A stretch of DNA of 64,000 nucleotides from the NCBI GenBank assembly GCA_963827235.1, contig CAWHAE010000012.1, positions 320,001-384,000 of the forward strand, given 5' to 3'. The stretch comes from an uncultured bacterium. Lineage in GTDB: Bacteria > Chloroflexota > UBA5177 > JANWHV01. Both the position numbers and the translations under genes were made by a program. Positions 1 through 9,440 of this stretch are shown here, piece after piece. A model generated the notes under the pieces. It was not told where the DNA came from, did not search any database, and was given only the letters and a program-made list of their open reading frames with translations. Each line of letters starts with the position of its first letter. Within the stretch, counting starts at the first letter, position 1.

Positions 1-2620
1 GTGGCGATGTCCGTGGCCGAATTGGGCTGCTCGGCGGCGGTCAATGCCGCCTGGGCGCTCTTGACGGCCTGTTCCTGGGTGGCGATGTCGGCAGCGGAGT
101 TGGGCTGCTCGGCGGCGGTCAGCGCTTCCTGAGCGCTCTTGACGGCCTGCTCCTGGGTGGCGATATCGGAGGGCGAATTGGGTTGCAGGGCGTTTTGGTA
201 GGCGGCCTGGGCGCTGACCACGGCCTGCTCCTGGGTGGCGATGTCGGCAGCGGAGTTGGGCTGCAGCGCATTCTGGTAGGCAGCCTGGGCGCTCTTGACG
301 GCCTGCTCCTGGGTGGCGATGTCGGAGGCGGAGTTGGGCTGCAGGGCGCTCTTATAGGCCTGCTCGGCGCTGGCGACCGCCTGTTCCTGGGTGGCGATGT
401 CGGAGGCGGAGTTGGGCTGCACGGCGGTCTGGTAGGCCGCCTTGGCGCTGGTGACCGCCGCCTGCTGGGTGGCGATGTCCTGCGCGGTGTAGGGATGCTC
501 GGCGTTGTAGACCGCTGCGTTGGCGGCGTCGATGGCATCCTGGGCGCTCTTGACGTCGGTGGCCAGGGGCGGCGCGGTGGCCGTGGTGAGCGCGGCCTGG
601 GCCGAGAGCACGGCATCCTGGGCGGTGGCGAGGTCGGTGGTCAGAGGCGGTGCGGTGGCGGCGTTGAGCGCGGCCTGGGCTGAGGTAATGGCGTCCTGAG
701 CGCTAGCGAGGTCGGTGGGCAAGGGCCCGGCGGTAGTGGCAGTCAGGGCGTCCTGGGCCTGGACGACGGCGTCCTGGGCCTTGGCCAGGTCGGTGCTGCT
801 GGGGGAGGGGGACTGGTCGGCGTTGAGCTTGGCCTGGGCGGCGGCGACCTGCTCCTGGGCGAGGGTGACGGCGCTGGCGGCCGGGCTGTTCAGGGCGGCG
901 AGGGCAGCGGTGGCGCTGGCCACGTTGGCGTTGTCGTTGGCGATGTTGGCCTCGTCCGACGCCAGGCTCTGCAGGTAGGTGGCTTCCTCGGTCTGCAGGG
1001 TGGTGGCGTTGGTGGTAGAGGAGGCGGTGGGCGAGGTGAGCAGGGAGAGGGAGACCTGGTCGGTCTGCAGCTTGTTCTGGGCGGCGAGCAGGGTGGCCTT
1101 GGCCTGCGCGACGGCGGTGGAGGTGGGGGAGGTGAGGTCGTTGACGCTATTCTGCGCCTGGGTGAGGTTGGCCTGGTCGGAGGCCAGTGTGGCGGCGGTG
1201 GCCGGCGCGTTGAGCGCGGCCAGGCTCTGCTGGGCGCTGTCCAGGCTGGCCTTGGCGGAGGCCACGGTGGTGGCGTTGGCCGGGGCCTGCAGGGCGATCA
1301 GCTTCTGCTTGGCGGAGTCGAGGCTGGCTTCGAGCTGGGCCAGGGTGTTGGCGTTGGGGCCCGCCTTGAGCGCGATCAGCTTCTGCTTGGCCTCGTCCAG
1401 ATTGGCCTGGGCCTGGGTGACGGTCTGGGCATTGGGAGGGGTCTGCAGGGCGACGAGCTTCTGCTGGGCCTGATCCAGGCTGTCCTTGGCGGAGGCGAGG
1501 GTATGCGGGTCGGGCGGGGCCTGCATCTGGTTGAGCTTGATCTGCGCCTGCTGCAGGGAGGCCTTCGCCTGGGTAATGGAGGCGGGGGTGCCACCCTGCT
1601 TCATGGCGGCGAGCTTGATCTGGGCCTGTTCCAGGGAGGCTTTGGCCTGGGCGATCGATGCGGGCGTGCCGCCGGCCTGCATGGAGGCCAGCTTGAGCTG
1701 TGCTTCCTGCAGGGCGGCCTTGGCCTGGGTGATCGAGGCGGGGGTGCCGCCGGCCTTCATGGAGGCCAGCTTGAGTTGGGCCTGCTCGAGCGCAGACCGG
1801 GCCTGGGCAATGCTGGCCGTCGTGCCGCCCTTGAGCATGGCGGCGAGCTTGAGCTGGGCCTGGTCGAGCGCGGACTTGGCCTGGGCGATAGAGGTGGCGG
1901 TGCCGCCGGCCTGCATGGTGGCCAGCTTGAGCTGTGCTTCCTGCAGGGCGGCCTTGGCCTGGGTGATCGAGGTGGACGTGCCGCCGGCCTTCATGGTGGC
2001 CAGTTTGAGCTGCGCTTGTGCGAGGGAGGCCTTGGCCTGTGTGATGGCGCTGGCGGTGCCGCCGGCCTTCATGGTGGCCAGCTTGAGCTGTGCTTCCTGC
2101 AAGGCGGCCTTGGCCTGCGTGATCGAGGTGGCGGTGCCGCCGGCCTTCATCTGGGCCAGCTTGAGCTGCGCCTGCGCCAGGGTGGACTTGGCTTGGGCGA
2201 TGGCGCTGGCGGTGCCGCCGGCCTTCATCACGGCCAGCTTGGACTGGGCCTCGGCGAGGGCCTGCTGGGCCTGGGTCACGCTGGCGGCGGACCCGCCGGC
2301 CACCATGGCGGCCAGCTTGGACTCGGCGGTTGCCAGCGAGGTTTCCGCTTGGGCGATGCTGGAAGCCGTGCCGCCGGCCTCCATGGCGGCCAGCTTCTGC
2401 TGCGCCGAGTCGAGGTTGGCCTGCGCGGTGACGATCGATGAGGCGGTGCCGGACTGCAAGGCGGCGAGCTTGGCCTTGGCGGAATCGACGTTGGCCCTGG
2501 CCTGGGCGATGCTGGAGGCCGTGCCGCCGAGCTTCATGGCGGCGAGCTTGGACTGGGCTTCGGCCAGCGAGGACTGGGCCTGAAGGACGGAGTTGGGGTT
2601 GGGCGGGGCAAGCTCCTTGG
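1..2620 (-). repeat. Intragenic 78-nt (26-aa) tandem repeats of two classes: GGT(A/P)xSIxQAKxxLxxAQxKLAxMxA and QPNSAxDIATQEQAVxSAQxAxxxAx
   Basis: gtggcgat recurs at 1, 79 and 157; gtgccgccgg recurs at 1666 and 1744. The period is 78 nt. Confidence 0.9.
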
Positions 2621-2969
2621 CCAGCGCGAGCTGCGCGTTGGTCAGGGAGTTCTTGTCTCCGTTGATCGTCTGCTGCAGCGAGGGGTCGTCGACGGTGGCC
2701 AGGATCTGACCCTTCTTGACCGTCTGGCCCTGCACGACGTTGACCTTCTGGACGGTGCCGGCGGCGCCGAAGTTGAGGGAGTAGGTCGTGACGTTCTGGG
2801 ACTGGCCGGCAGGCGTGAGCGTGGTGGTGATGGTGCCGCGGGAGACCAACACGACCCGACCGTTGAGGGTGGGTGGCGTGCTGATGCCCGGCAACGAGAA
2901 CGCAAGCGTCAAGCCCGTGCTCGGTATCAGCGCCGCCAGCACGGCGATGCGAACTGTCTTCCCCTTCAA
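1..2969 (-). CDS. Giant HlyD/EmrA/MacA-type efflux periplasmic adaptor (membrane fusion protein) with a long 26-aa repeat helical region; runs off the left edge
   Basis: Not in the ORF track. Manual translation from TTG at 2969 (GGAGG upstream) gives MKGKTVRIAVLAALIPSTGLTLAFSL..VSRGTITTTLTPAG..LNFGAAGTVQKVNVVQGQTVKKGQILATVDD, the biotinyl/lipoyl half-motif of MFPs. An open frame of Ala/Gln-rich repeats continues to position 3. Confidence 0.85.
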   Translation of the reverse strand, partial: MKGKTVRIAVLAALIPSTGLTLAFSLPGISTPPTLNGRVVLVSRGTITTTLTPAGQSQNVTTYSLNFGAAGTVQKVNVVQGQTVKKGQILATVDDPSLQQTINGDKNSLTNAQLALAKELAPPNPNSVLQAQSSLAEAQSKLAAMKLGGTASSIAQARANVDSAKAKLAALQSGTASSIVTAQANLDSAQQKLAAMEAGGTASSIAQAETSLATAESKLAAMVAGGSAASVTQAQQALAEAQSKLAVMKAGGTASAIAQAKSTLAQAQLKLAQMKAGGTATSITQAKAALQEAQLKLATMKAGGTASAITQAKASLAQAQLKLATMKAGGTSTSITQAKAALQEAQLKLATMQAGGTATSIAQAKSALDQAQLKLAAMLKGGTTASIAQARSALEQAQLKLASMKAGGTPASITQAKAALQEAQLKLASMQAGGTPASIAQAKASLEQAQIKLAAMKQGGTPASITQAKASLQQAQIKLNQMQAPPDPHTLASAKDSLDQAQQKLVALQTPPNAQTVTQAQANLDEAKQKLIALKAGPNANTLAQLEASLDSAKQKLIALQAPANATTVASAKASLDSAQQSLAALNAPATAATLASDQANLTQAQNSVNDLTSPTSTAVAQAKATLLAAQNKLQTDQVSLSLLTSPTASSTTNATTLQTEEATYLQSLASDEANIANDNANVASATAALAALNSPAASAVTLAQEQVAAAQAKLNADQSPSPSSTDLAKAQDAVVQAQDALTATTAGPLPTDLASAQDAITSAQAALNAATAPPLTTDLATAQDAVLSAQAALTTATAPPLATDVKSAQDAIDAANAAVYNAEHPYTAQDIATQQAAVTSAKAAYQTAVQPNSASDIATQEQAVASAEQAYKSALQPNSASDIATQEQAVKSAQAAYQNALQPNSAADIATQEQAVVSAQAAYQNALQPNSPSDIATQEQAVKSAQEALTAAEQPNSAADIATQEQAVKSAQAALTAAEQPNSATDIA

Positions 2970-3463
2970 GGAAATGCCTCCATGCAATGCGTTACGCAGC
3001 CATATGCGGGCGACCAACGGCCTCCCATGCCACTGGAGAGGCAGTTTTGACCGAGCTGCAACCACATATCATTGTGATCGTAGGAGCACCGAATGACAGC
3101 CATGTGATTGGCACATGACGATTGGATGACATGCGCCTGCCTCCGCGGTGACGCTTTTGGCCGGTCGCACACGAGCCGGCGGGAATCCCGCCGCACAACC
3201 GGCGGCCCCGCTTGCCGGCCATCGCGATCTCTGTAGCGCCGCATCCGCGCCTCGAAACCCCTTGTGGCATACATTCTTGCCGTTAATAGACTGTTTACAA
3301 GTCCACAACATCACGACAATACCCGCGACTTAACGTGGCATGTGAGGGATTGAGCGCTGGGACGGCCCCCCTCTGAGCCGCCTCCCAGGAATCCTTGAGG
3401 TTGGTCATCCGGCCAGATGATCGAACTCGGTTTCGCCGCTAGTTTCCTTCATCAGGAGGTCAC

Positions 3464-5203
3464 GTGAAAGCCAGACTTTATCTTGCAGGCCTTGCTCTTG
3501 CCTCGTTATTGTGCGGAGCCGTGCCTCTGCTGCCCTCGTCCTCTCATGTCGTGGCCGCTGAATCGGCGACCGTGACCATTACCGGCACGATGGTCGCCAT
3601 GCCGCAGCCAACGGCCCCAACGTCGCTGTTCATCCAGGTGGGAAGCCAGACCCTCCCAGTCTGGATCACGGTCCACACGCAGATCTTGCGCGCGGATTCC
3701 TCGGCCGCGAGCCTTGGCGACCTGCGCGATAACGATCTGCTCAAGATCAATGGCCTGGCCAATCAACGCGCCGGCATCACCGCCGGCGTAATTCAGGACC
3801 TGTCGCTGCTCGGCACCACGGCGACTGCCACGCCGACTTCTTCACCTACGCCGATCGCTTCCCTCTCGCCAACCGCGACTGCCACCGCTTCGGCGACCCA
3901 GGTGCCCAACCAGTTCGACGTCACGGGAACGCTCTTCGCAATTCCCGCGCAGTTGACGCCGCCGACCGTGCTCTGTCTCGCCAAGTCGCAGGTGGTGGGC
4001 GGTATTGCCCCCAACATCTCCACGGTGAGCCCCTGCCCGTCGGGCCTCCTGCCCGTCTACGTGACTACCGGCACCAGCCTGACGCGCAACGACGGTAGTG
4101 CCTCGGCGCTGTTCGAGCTCCGTGCCGGCGACTCGCTGGAAGTTCACGGCAGCTTCGTCAACACGCAGTTCACGGCAGCCTCCCTCGACGATCATTCGCT
4201 GCACGAGACCTACACACAGTTCACAGGCACCGTGCAGAGCCTGTCCAGCGGCGGAGACCTGACCTACGTGGCCGTGATCGTGAACAAGCGGCTTTCCGAT
4301 AGCTCCCCCGTGCCCAACAATACGCAGTTCGTGCTTCCGCTGACTAACGTCGGCAGCATCTACTGCACCGCTCCCAGCCCCACGCAGGCGCCGTGCACGG
4401 CAGTGAACATCAACGGCGTGGCGACCGCCGGCTACCCCGGTAGCGGCATCGGCCCGGGCACCGTCGTGACCGCCCAGGGTCTGTACAACAGCACGCTCAA
4501 CACGTTCGAGTACACGCAGTGGATCACGGTCGGCGGCACCACGGTGTCGAACCCGACGGCCACGTTCACGGCTACCGCCGTACCGACAGCCACGGCTACC
4601 GCGCCGGCCGTGACCTCGCAGACGATGTCGCTCGCCGGTTGGCTGAGCCATCCTGCAAGCCCGAACACGGCTCCGACCATGCTCTGCGTCTACGGGGCGC
4701 GACTCACCAGCGGACCCACACCCTATATCAGGACTGCCAGCCCCTGCCCGTCAGGCCAGCTGCCGGTGTTTGTCACGCCCGGTACCGTGATCGTCCGTAG
4801 CGGCGGCAGCTCGATTTCGGTCGGCTACCTGCGCTCGAACAACAGGCTGGAGATCCGGGGCACGTTCGTCAACGCGCAGTTCACGGCCACCTGGATCCGG
4901 GATACATCGCTCGTGAACCTCATGCAGGTGCGGTTTCAGGCCAGGATCAGTTTCGTCAGCCCCTTCACCCACCCGGCATACGTAGCAGTGCGGACGTTGA
5001 AGGACTACGAGCAGTTCAATCCGTTCAGGACAGGAACCACACTCACGGTGTACGTCCAGCCTGATACGCTCATCTACCTGCCGCGCGGCCGCACGACCCA
5101 CAACATTCTGGTGCTCAACCCGGGCCAGAGAATAACGGTGTGGGCCGAGTACGATCGGGACCTGCACCGCGTAGAGCCGACGATGCACATCACGATCATG
5201 TAA
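3464..5203 (+). CDS. Secreted protein with repeated DUF5666-like beta modules and Thr/Ala/Pro linkers
   Basis: AGGAGG precedes the GTG; N-terminal signal peptide; repeated 'V.V...T.I.R..GS..S...LR..D.L.V.G' units. Confidence 0.7.
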   Translation: MKARLYLAGLALASLLCGAVPLLPSSSHVVAAESATVTITGTMVAMPQPTAPTSLFIQVGSQTLPVWITVHTQILRADSSAASLGDLRDNDLLKINGLANQRAGITAGVIQDLSLLGTTATATPTSSPTPIASLSPTATATASATQVPNQFDVTGTLFAIPAQLTPPTVLCLAKSQVVGGIAPNISTVSPCPSGLLPVYVTTGTSLTRNDGSASALFELRAGDSLEVHGSFVNTQFTAASLDDHSLHETYTQFTGTVQSLSSGGDLTYVAVIVNKRLSDSSPVPNNTQFVLPLTNVGSIYCTAPSPTQAPCTAVNINGVATAGYPGSGIGPGTVVTAQGLYNSTLNTFEYTQWITVGGTTVSNPTATFTATAVPTATATAPAVTSQTMSLAGWLSHPASPNTAPTMLCVYGARLTSGPTPYIRTASPCPSGQLPVFVTPGTVIVRSGGSSISVGYLRSNNRLEIRGTFVNAQFTATWIRDTSLVNLMQVRFQARISFVSPFTHPAYVAVRTLKDYEQFNPFRTGTTLTVYVQPDTLIYLPRGRTTHNILVLNPGQRITVWAEYDRDLHRVEPTMHITIM

Positions 5204-5226
5204 GCACGCCACACCACGCGTACGTC

Positions 5227-5261
5227 AGGCGCCGCCGGCCCATCTGGCCGGCGGCGCCTTT
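5227..5261 (+). terminator. Intrinsic terminator-like hairpin
   Basis: aggcgccgccggcc-catct-ggccggcggcgcct is a perfect 14-bp stem followed by a short T run, about 25 nt after the stop. Confidence 0.65.
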
Positions 5262-5728
5262 CATTGCCCGGCGATCCGCGTCACGACCGCCTCGGTATAT
5301 TCCGGCGCCTGAAAGCAAGCCATACCGGGAACCACGGTGGCGGTCCGCGCATGCGATGCCTCACAATGAATCGTCGGTTACCGCTTGCGGGTGTCCTCCG
5401 GGGATCCACCTTGGCCGGCCTGTAGGAACGACCGGCCGGCCGCGCATGGCCGGATGCTGCCGGTCAAGTCGCGGCCTATCCACCGCACCGGAGTCAACGG
5501 CACGGGGCTTATCCCGCCATGTGTGTTGCCGCCAAGGCAACCTGCCCTACAATGCATGTGAGCGGACCGGGGCCTGTCGGGCCGCGGCCACGCCGAGCAG
5601 CACAGTCTGGAAGGCGTGGCTGCCTGCTTGTGCGGCGCGTGGCACATCTGTTATCCATTCAGGTAGCCATCGACCCGTCGTCATGCGTGCCGTTGTTTGG
5701 TTCATGGGGTGGAAGTGACTGGACACAC

Positions 5729-7003
5729 ATGATGCCCGAAGCCGCTCGCATCGAGGTGTTCGCGGTCGAAAGCGATCAGGCTATCGTGGTTCAGCTCCAC
5801 GATGCACTGGCTGAGAGTGCCGTCGCCATCTTCGTGGTGAGCGGCGACCGCCCGCTGGTGGCAATGCCCGAATGGGCGGGACCCACCGCGCTGTTGATCG
5901 GGCTCGACGACGACCTTTCCCTCCGGCTTGCCTACGCCAAGCGAGTGCAGGAGCTGTACCCGCGGGCGGCGGTACTTGCCTACTCCGTGGCCTTCAACGC
6001 GGAGACGCTTGCCGCCGCCATGGCGGCCGGCGTCCGCAGGCTGCTCCCCTTTCCCTTCAGTGCACAGACGCTGCTGGACGCCGTGTCTGCGGTCCAAAAT
6101 GAGCTCGAAGGGTTGCTCGGTTCCATGGACGCACTGACCCGCCTTCAGGGCGATCAGGCCGTCGAGCCGGAGCCGAGGCGATACGTCGACGATTCGAGCA
6201 AGCCGCACCGCGTCATCGTCGTCTTCAGTCCCAAGGGAGGCGTCGGGACGTCGACCCTCGCGGTTAATCTTGCCGTCGCCCTGCAGGTCGCGCGGCACGC
6301 CACGGCGCTGGTCGACGGTAACATTAGCTTCGGCAGCCACGACGTCTTCCTGAACCTCCCGCCCGGACGCACCATGCTGGAGTTGGCAGCTTCGCCGGAA
6401 ACGGTCACCACGGAGGTTCTCTCTGACACGCTCGTACGCCATCGCTCCGGCCTCAGCGTGCTGCTGGCGCCCCTGCAGCCTGAAGAAGGCGACCGCATCC
6501 GCGTCGAGCACGTCAAGCATGTGCTCGCGCTGCTCCGCCGTCAATTCGTGTTCACTGTCGTGGATACTTGGCCCGGTTTCGACGATCGCGTGCTGGCTAC
6601 ACTGGAGATGGCTGACAGCATACTCGTGCCTTTCGGCCCGGATATGCCTGCGATCAAGAACCTCTACTCGTTTCTGCGTGTGGCCAACTTGCTCCACTAT
6701 CAGCAGGAACGCATCATCCCCGTACTGATGCGCTCGGATAGCGTGGAGCCCGGCTACGTCGCGGACATCGAGACATTCCTCAAACGCGAGCTTCGCTGGC
6801 GCGTGGTGAGCGACGGCCGGCGCGCCACCGCCGCGGCGACCGAGGGTAAGCCGTTCCTGCTCAGCGCGCCTGATGCCGAGATCAGCCAGAACATTCGCGC
6901 TCTCGCCGGCTTCCTGGCGGGGGATCCCGTGACGCCGAAAGAGGACGAGCAGCCGCCCCACAAGCTGCCTCAGGCGGGCGGCAGGCACTTCTGGCGCCGC
7001 TAG
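5729..7003 (+). CDS. cpaE: CpaE/TadZ-like protein: pseudo-receiver domain plus MinD/ParA-type ATPase
   Basis: Deviant Walker A SPKGGVGTST, LVDGN..FG..D, VLLAP..PE, VVDT. The N-terminal receiver-like region lacks a clear phospho-Asp. Start moved to ATG 5729/5732. Confidence 0.75.
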   Translation: MMPEAARIEVFAVESDQAIVVQLHDALAESAVAIFVVSGDRPLVAMPEWAGPTALLIGLDDDLSLRLAYAKRVQELYPRAAVLAYSVAFNAETLAAAMAAGVRRLLPFPFSAQTLLDAVSAVQNELEGLLGSMDALTRLQGDQAVEPEPRRYVDDSSKPHRVIVVFSPKGGVGTSTLAVNLAVALQVARHATALVDGNISFGSHDVFLNLPPGRTMLELAASPETVTTEVLSDTLVRHRSGLSVLLAPLQPEEGDRIRVEHVKHVLALLRRQFVFTVVDTWPGFDDRVLATLEMADSILVPFGPDMPAIKNLYSFLRVANLLHYQQERIIPVLMRSDSVEPGYVADIETFLKRELRWRVVSDGRRATAAATEGKPFLLSAPDAEISQNIRALAGFLAGDPVTPKEDEQPPHKLPQAGGRHFWRR

Positions 7004-7208
7004 AGCGGCACCGCTCCGGGGCTCGCAGTCGGTATATCCGCTTCGCGCAGCGGCGTGCCGCCGGACAGTGAGCACTCGTGCATCGCACAGGCGAAAAGCT
7101 CGTACCATAGGGTGAGTCGCCAGGATGGTGACGCGAAGGCTGGTAGGGCCGCCGTCCCTCCCGTCGACTCGCCTCAGAGAGCTCCAATGGATCGAGGAGG
7201 TGCCAGGG

Positions 7209-8327
7209 ATGAAGTCCGGCAGTGATGTTCTGCGGCCGGCGCGTCTGCAGGCCGTGCAGCAAGCGCTCGCCGGGGCCGGCGTCGACCTGCTCGTGCTGGC
7301 CGTCACCGACAATATGCGCTATGTCCTGGGTGGTTTCGCCCCGCATGGCGACGAGCGGTATTGCGCGCTGCTGATCACGGGCGACGACCGGCTCTTCATC
7401 GTGCCCTCCGTGAACGCGGACCAGGCGCGCTCGCGCACGGACGTGCCGGTGCGGAGCTTCCTGGATGAGGATGGCCCGTCGTCGGTACTGTCCGAGGCCC
7501 TCGCGGCCCTGGGCGTGCTCGCAAGCTGGCGAATCGCCGTGGACGAAGAGATGCGCGCCGACCACCTGCTGGCTCTGCAGGCCGCCCTGCCGGATGCGTC
7601 GTACAGACCTGCCGGCCCGATTATGGGGCCGCTTCGCAGTGTCAAGGACTCGGATGAGATCGCCACGCTGCAGGCAGCGGCAGCCACGGCGGACGCGGGT
7701 ATCCAGGCCGTGCTGGCGGCATGCAAGCCGGGCCTGACCGAGCTGGATCTCGTGGCCGTCGCGTCCACGGCAATGGCGCGCGCCGGCGCCGACGAGACCG
7801 TGTTCGCGACCGTGGGTGTCGGTCCGCACAGCGCCCTGCCGCACCACCAATCGGACGGCACGGTCCTGCGCCCGGGCGACGTGCTGGTCGTCGACATCGG
7901 CAGCAGGCTGCGCGGATACTGCTCGGACATCACGCGTATGGCCATCGTGGGCGGCGCCCCGCCCGACGCCGAGTACGCGCGAGTGCATGCCGTGCTGGAG
8001 GCGGCATCGCGTGCCGCCCAGGCCGCGGCACGGCCGGGAGTGCGGGCCGCGGAAGTCGATGCGGCGGCACGCAAGGTCATCGTCGATGCCGGCTACGGGC
8101 AGTACTTCGTGCATCGCACGGGCCATGGGCTGGGCCTCTCCATCCACGAAGAGCCGTATATCTCGGCCAGCAGCGAGGTCACGCTGGAGGCCGGCATGGT
8201 GTTCAGCATCGAGCCCGGCATCTACTTGCCGGGCAGATTCGGCGTGCGGCTGGAGGAAATCGTCTATCTGGATGCCGGCGGCGCCCACGTGCTGAGCGGG
8301 TTGCCGCGCGCGGTGCACGTCGCCTGA
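7209..8327 (+). CDS. pepQ: Xaa-Pro peptidase (M24 family)
   Basis: Motifs PHH, VDIG..GYCSDITR, HRTGHGLGLSIHEEP, FSIEPGIY..GVRLEE; GAGGAGG before ATG 7209. Confidence 0.9.
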   Translation: MKSGSDVLRPARLQAVQQALAGAGVDLLVLAVTDNMRYVLGGFAPHGDERYCALLITGDDRLFIVPSVNADQARSRTDVPVRSFLDEDGPSSVLSEALAALGVLASWRIAVDEEMRADHLLALQAALPDASYRPAGPIMGPLRSVKDSDEIATLQAAAATADAGIQAVLAACKPGLTELDLVAVASTAMARAGADETVFATVGVGPHSALPHHQSDGTVLRPGDVLVVDIGSRLRGYCSDITRMAIVGGAPPDAEYARVHAVLEAASRAAQAAARPGVRAAEVDAAARKVIVDAGYGQYFVHRTGHGLGLSIHEEPYISASSEVTLEAGMVFSIEPGIYLPGRFGVRLEEIVYLDAGGAHVLSGLPRAVHVA

Positions 8328-8581
8328 CGTTCGACCGGTCACTTGTCGCGCTTGGCGTCCTTGGCGTCCGCCGTGCACGCGCGGGCACCCGCTGGCGGCT
8401 GTCCTTCGGCCCAGTACCGCTCAGCTATGGAGCTCCTCCACCAGCGCCCACAGGTACCCGCGTACCGCCTCGCGCTAGTCGGTCCACGGCAGACGTGAGA
8501 CCCCGGTTGAACCGTCGACTCTCGCCGCCACGCGCTTGCCCGGAGTCCGCTCTGCCGGCACGGGCCGCGTCTCGCGAGCGG

Positions 8582-9019
8582 TCACCAGCCGTGTCGCGGC
8601 TGCTGCGGCTCGCCCAGCTGCACGCGTCGAAGCCGTTCGGCCATTACCTCGAGCACGCGCAGAGCGATCGTCGAGTCGGCCTTGATCGCGTTGTGGAACT
8701 GCGCGTGGCTCATCACCAACATCTCTACCGGCGTGGCGGTGGTGACCGTGGCCGTGGCCGGCCCCGGATCGACCATGCTGATCTCGCCGAAGAACTCGCC
8801 CGGGCCCAGGCGAACCGGGGGCAGGCCTCGCACCGCCACCGCCACCTCGCCTGTCAGCAGCATGAAGAACGTGTGATTGGGCTCATCCTGCACGATCAGC
8901 ACGCGACCTTGCTCGACCTCGGCCTCGTCGGCGTTGCGCGCCAGGTTCTCGATCTGGGACTTCGTGCAGCGCGCGAATATGGGCATCTTCTTCAGCTGCT
9001 CCACTTTCCGGTCGGCCAT
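8582..9019 (-). CDS. Stand-alone cyclic nucleotide-binding domain protein
   Basis: LKKMPIF..LGPGEFFGEISMVD.GPATATV; GGGAGGGAG RBS before ATG 9019. Confidence 0.85.
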   Translation of the reverse strand: MADRKVEQLKKMPIFARCTKSQIENLARNADEAEVEQGRVLIVQDEPNHTFFMLLTGEVAVAVRGLPPVRLGPGEFFGEISMVDPGPATATVTTATPVEMLVMSHAQFHNAIKADSTIALRVLEVMAERLRRVQLGEPQQPRHGW

Positions 9020-9440
9020 TCTCCCCTCCCAGCCGTTCTCCCATGTCGAGGCGCGTGCGCGATAGCCATGCCTCGCGCCGGCATTCCTCCGCGGATGTCT
9101 GTACTTCACTTTGCCACAGCCGGCGCAAGTTGCCACTATTCGGCGCCCGACCAGGTGTCCGATGTACGCGGCCTGCCGAGCGCCGTATTCGAGCCAGGGT
9201 GGCACGCGCACAAGCGGAGTGACGCCCACGCTGTACTGAGGCCAGGGCGGGAGGCGCGAAGTCGGGTCTCAGCCCGCCCGTGTGAACGGCAACGGCCGCT
9301 GGACCGCCGCGCGTAGGTGGTTTCGAGCGCGGCAAGCGGCCAACTGGCAACTGGGAGTATGCTCGAAGTAGGAGCCGGATGCCGTGGCGCTCTTGAGGCG
9401 CGCTGCGATGGCGGCAGGATGTGATATGAGGAGTGGAGTA

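Noticed and set aside
119-2905. Many ORF-track calls over the first 2.9 kb
   Set aside because: These are antisense or off-frame shadows of the single minus-strand MFP gene, which has no stop inside the window.
5271-5320. Possible sixth copy of repeat family A
   Set aside because: Similarity is limited to about 25 nt of GC-rich sequence and is not convincing by eye.
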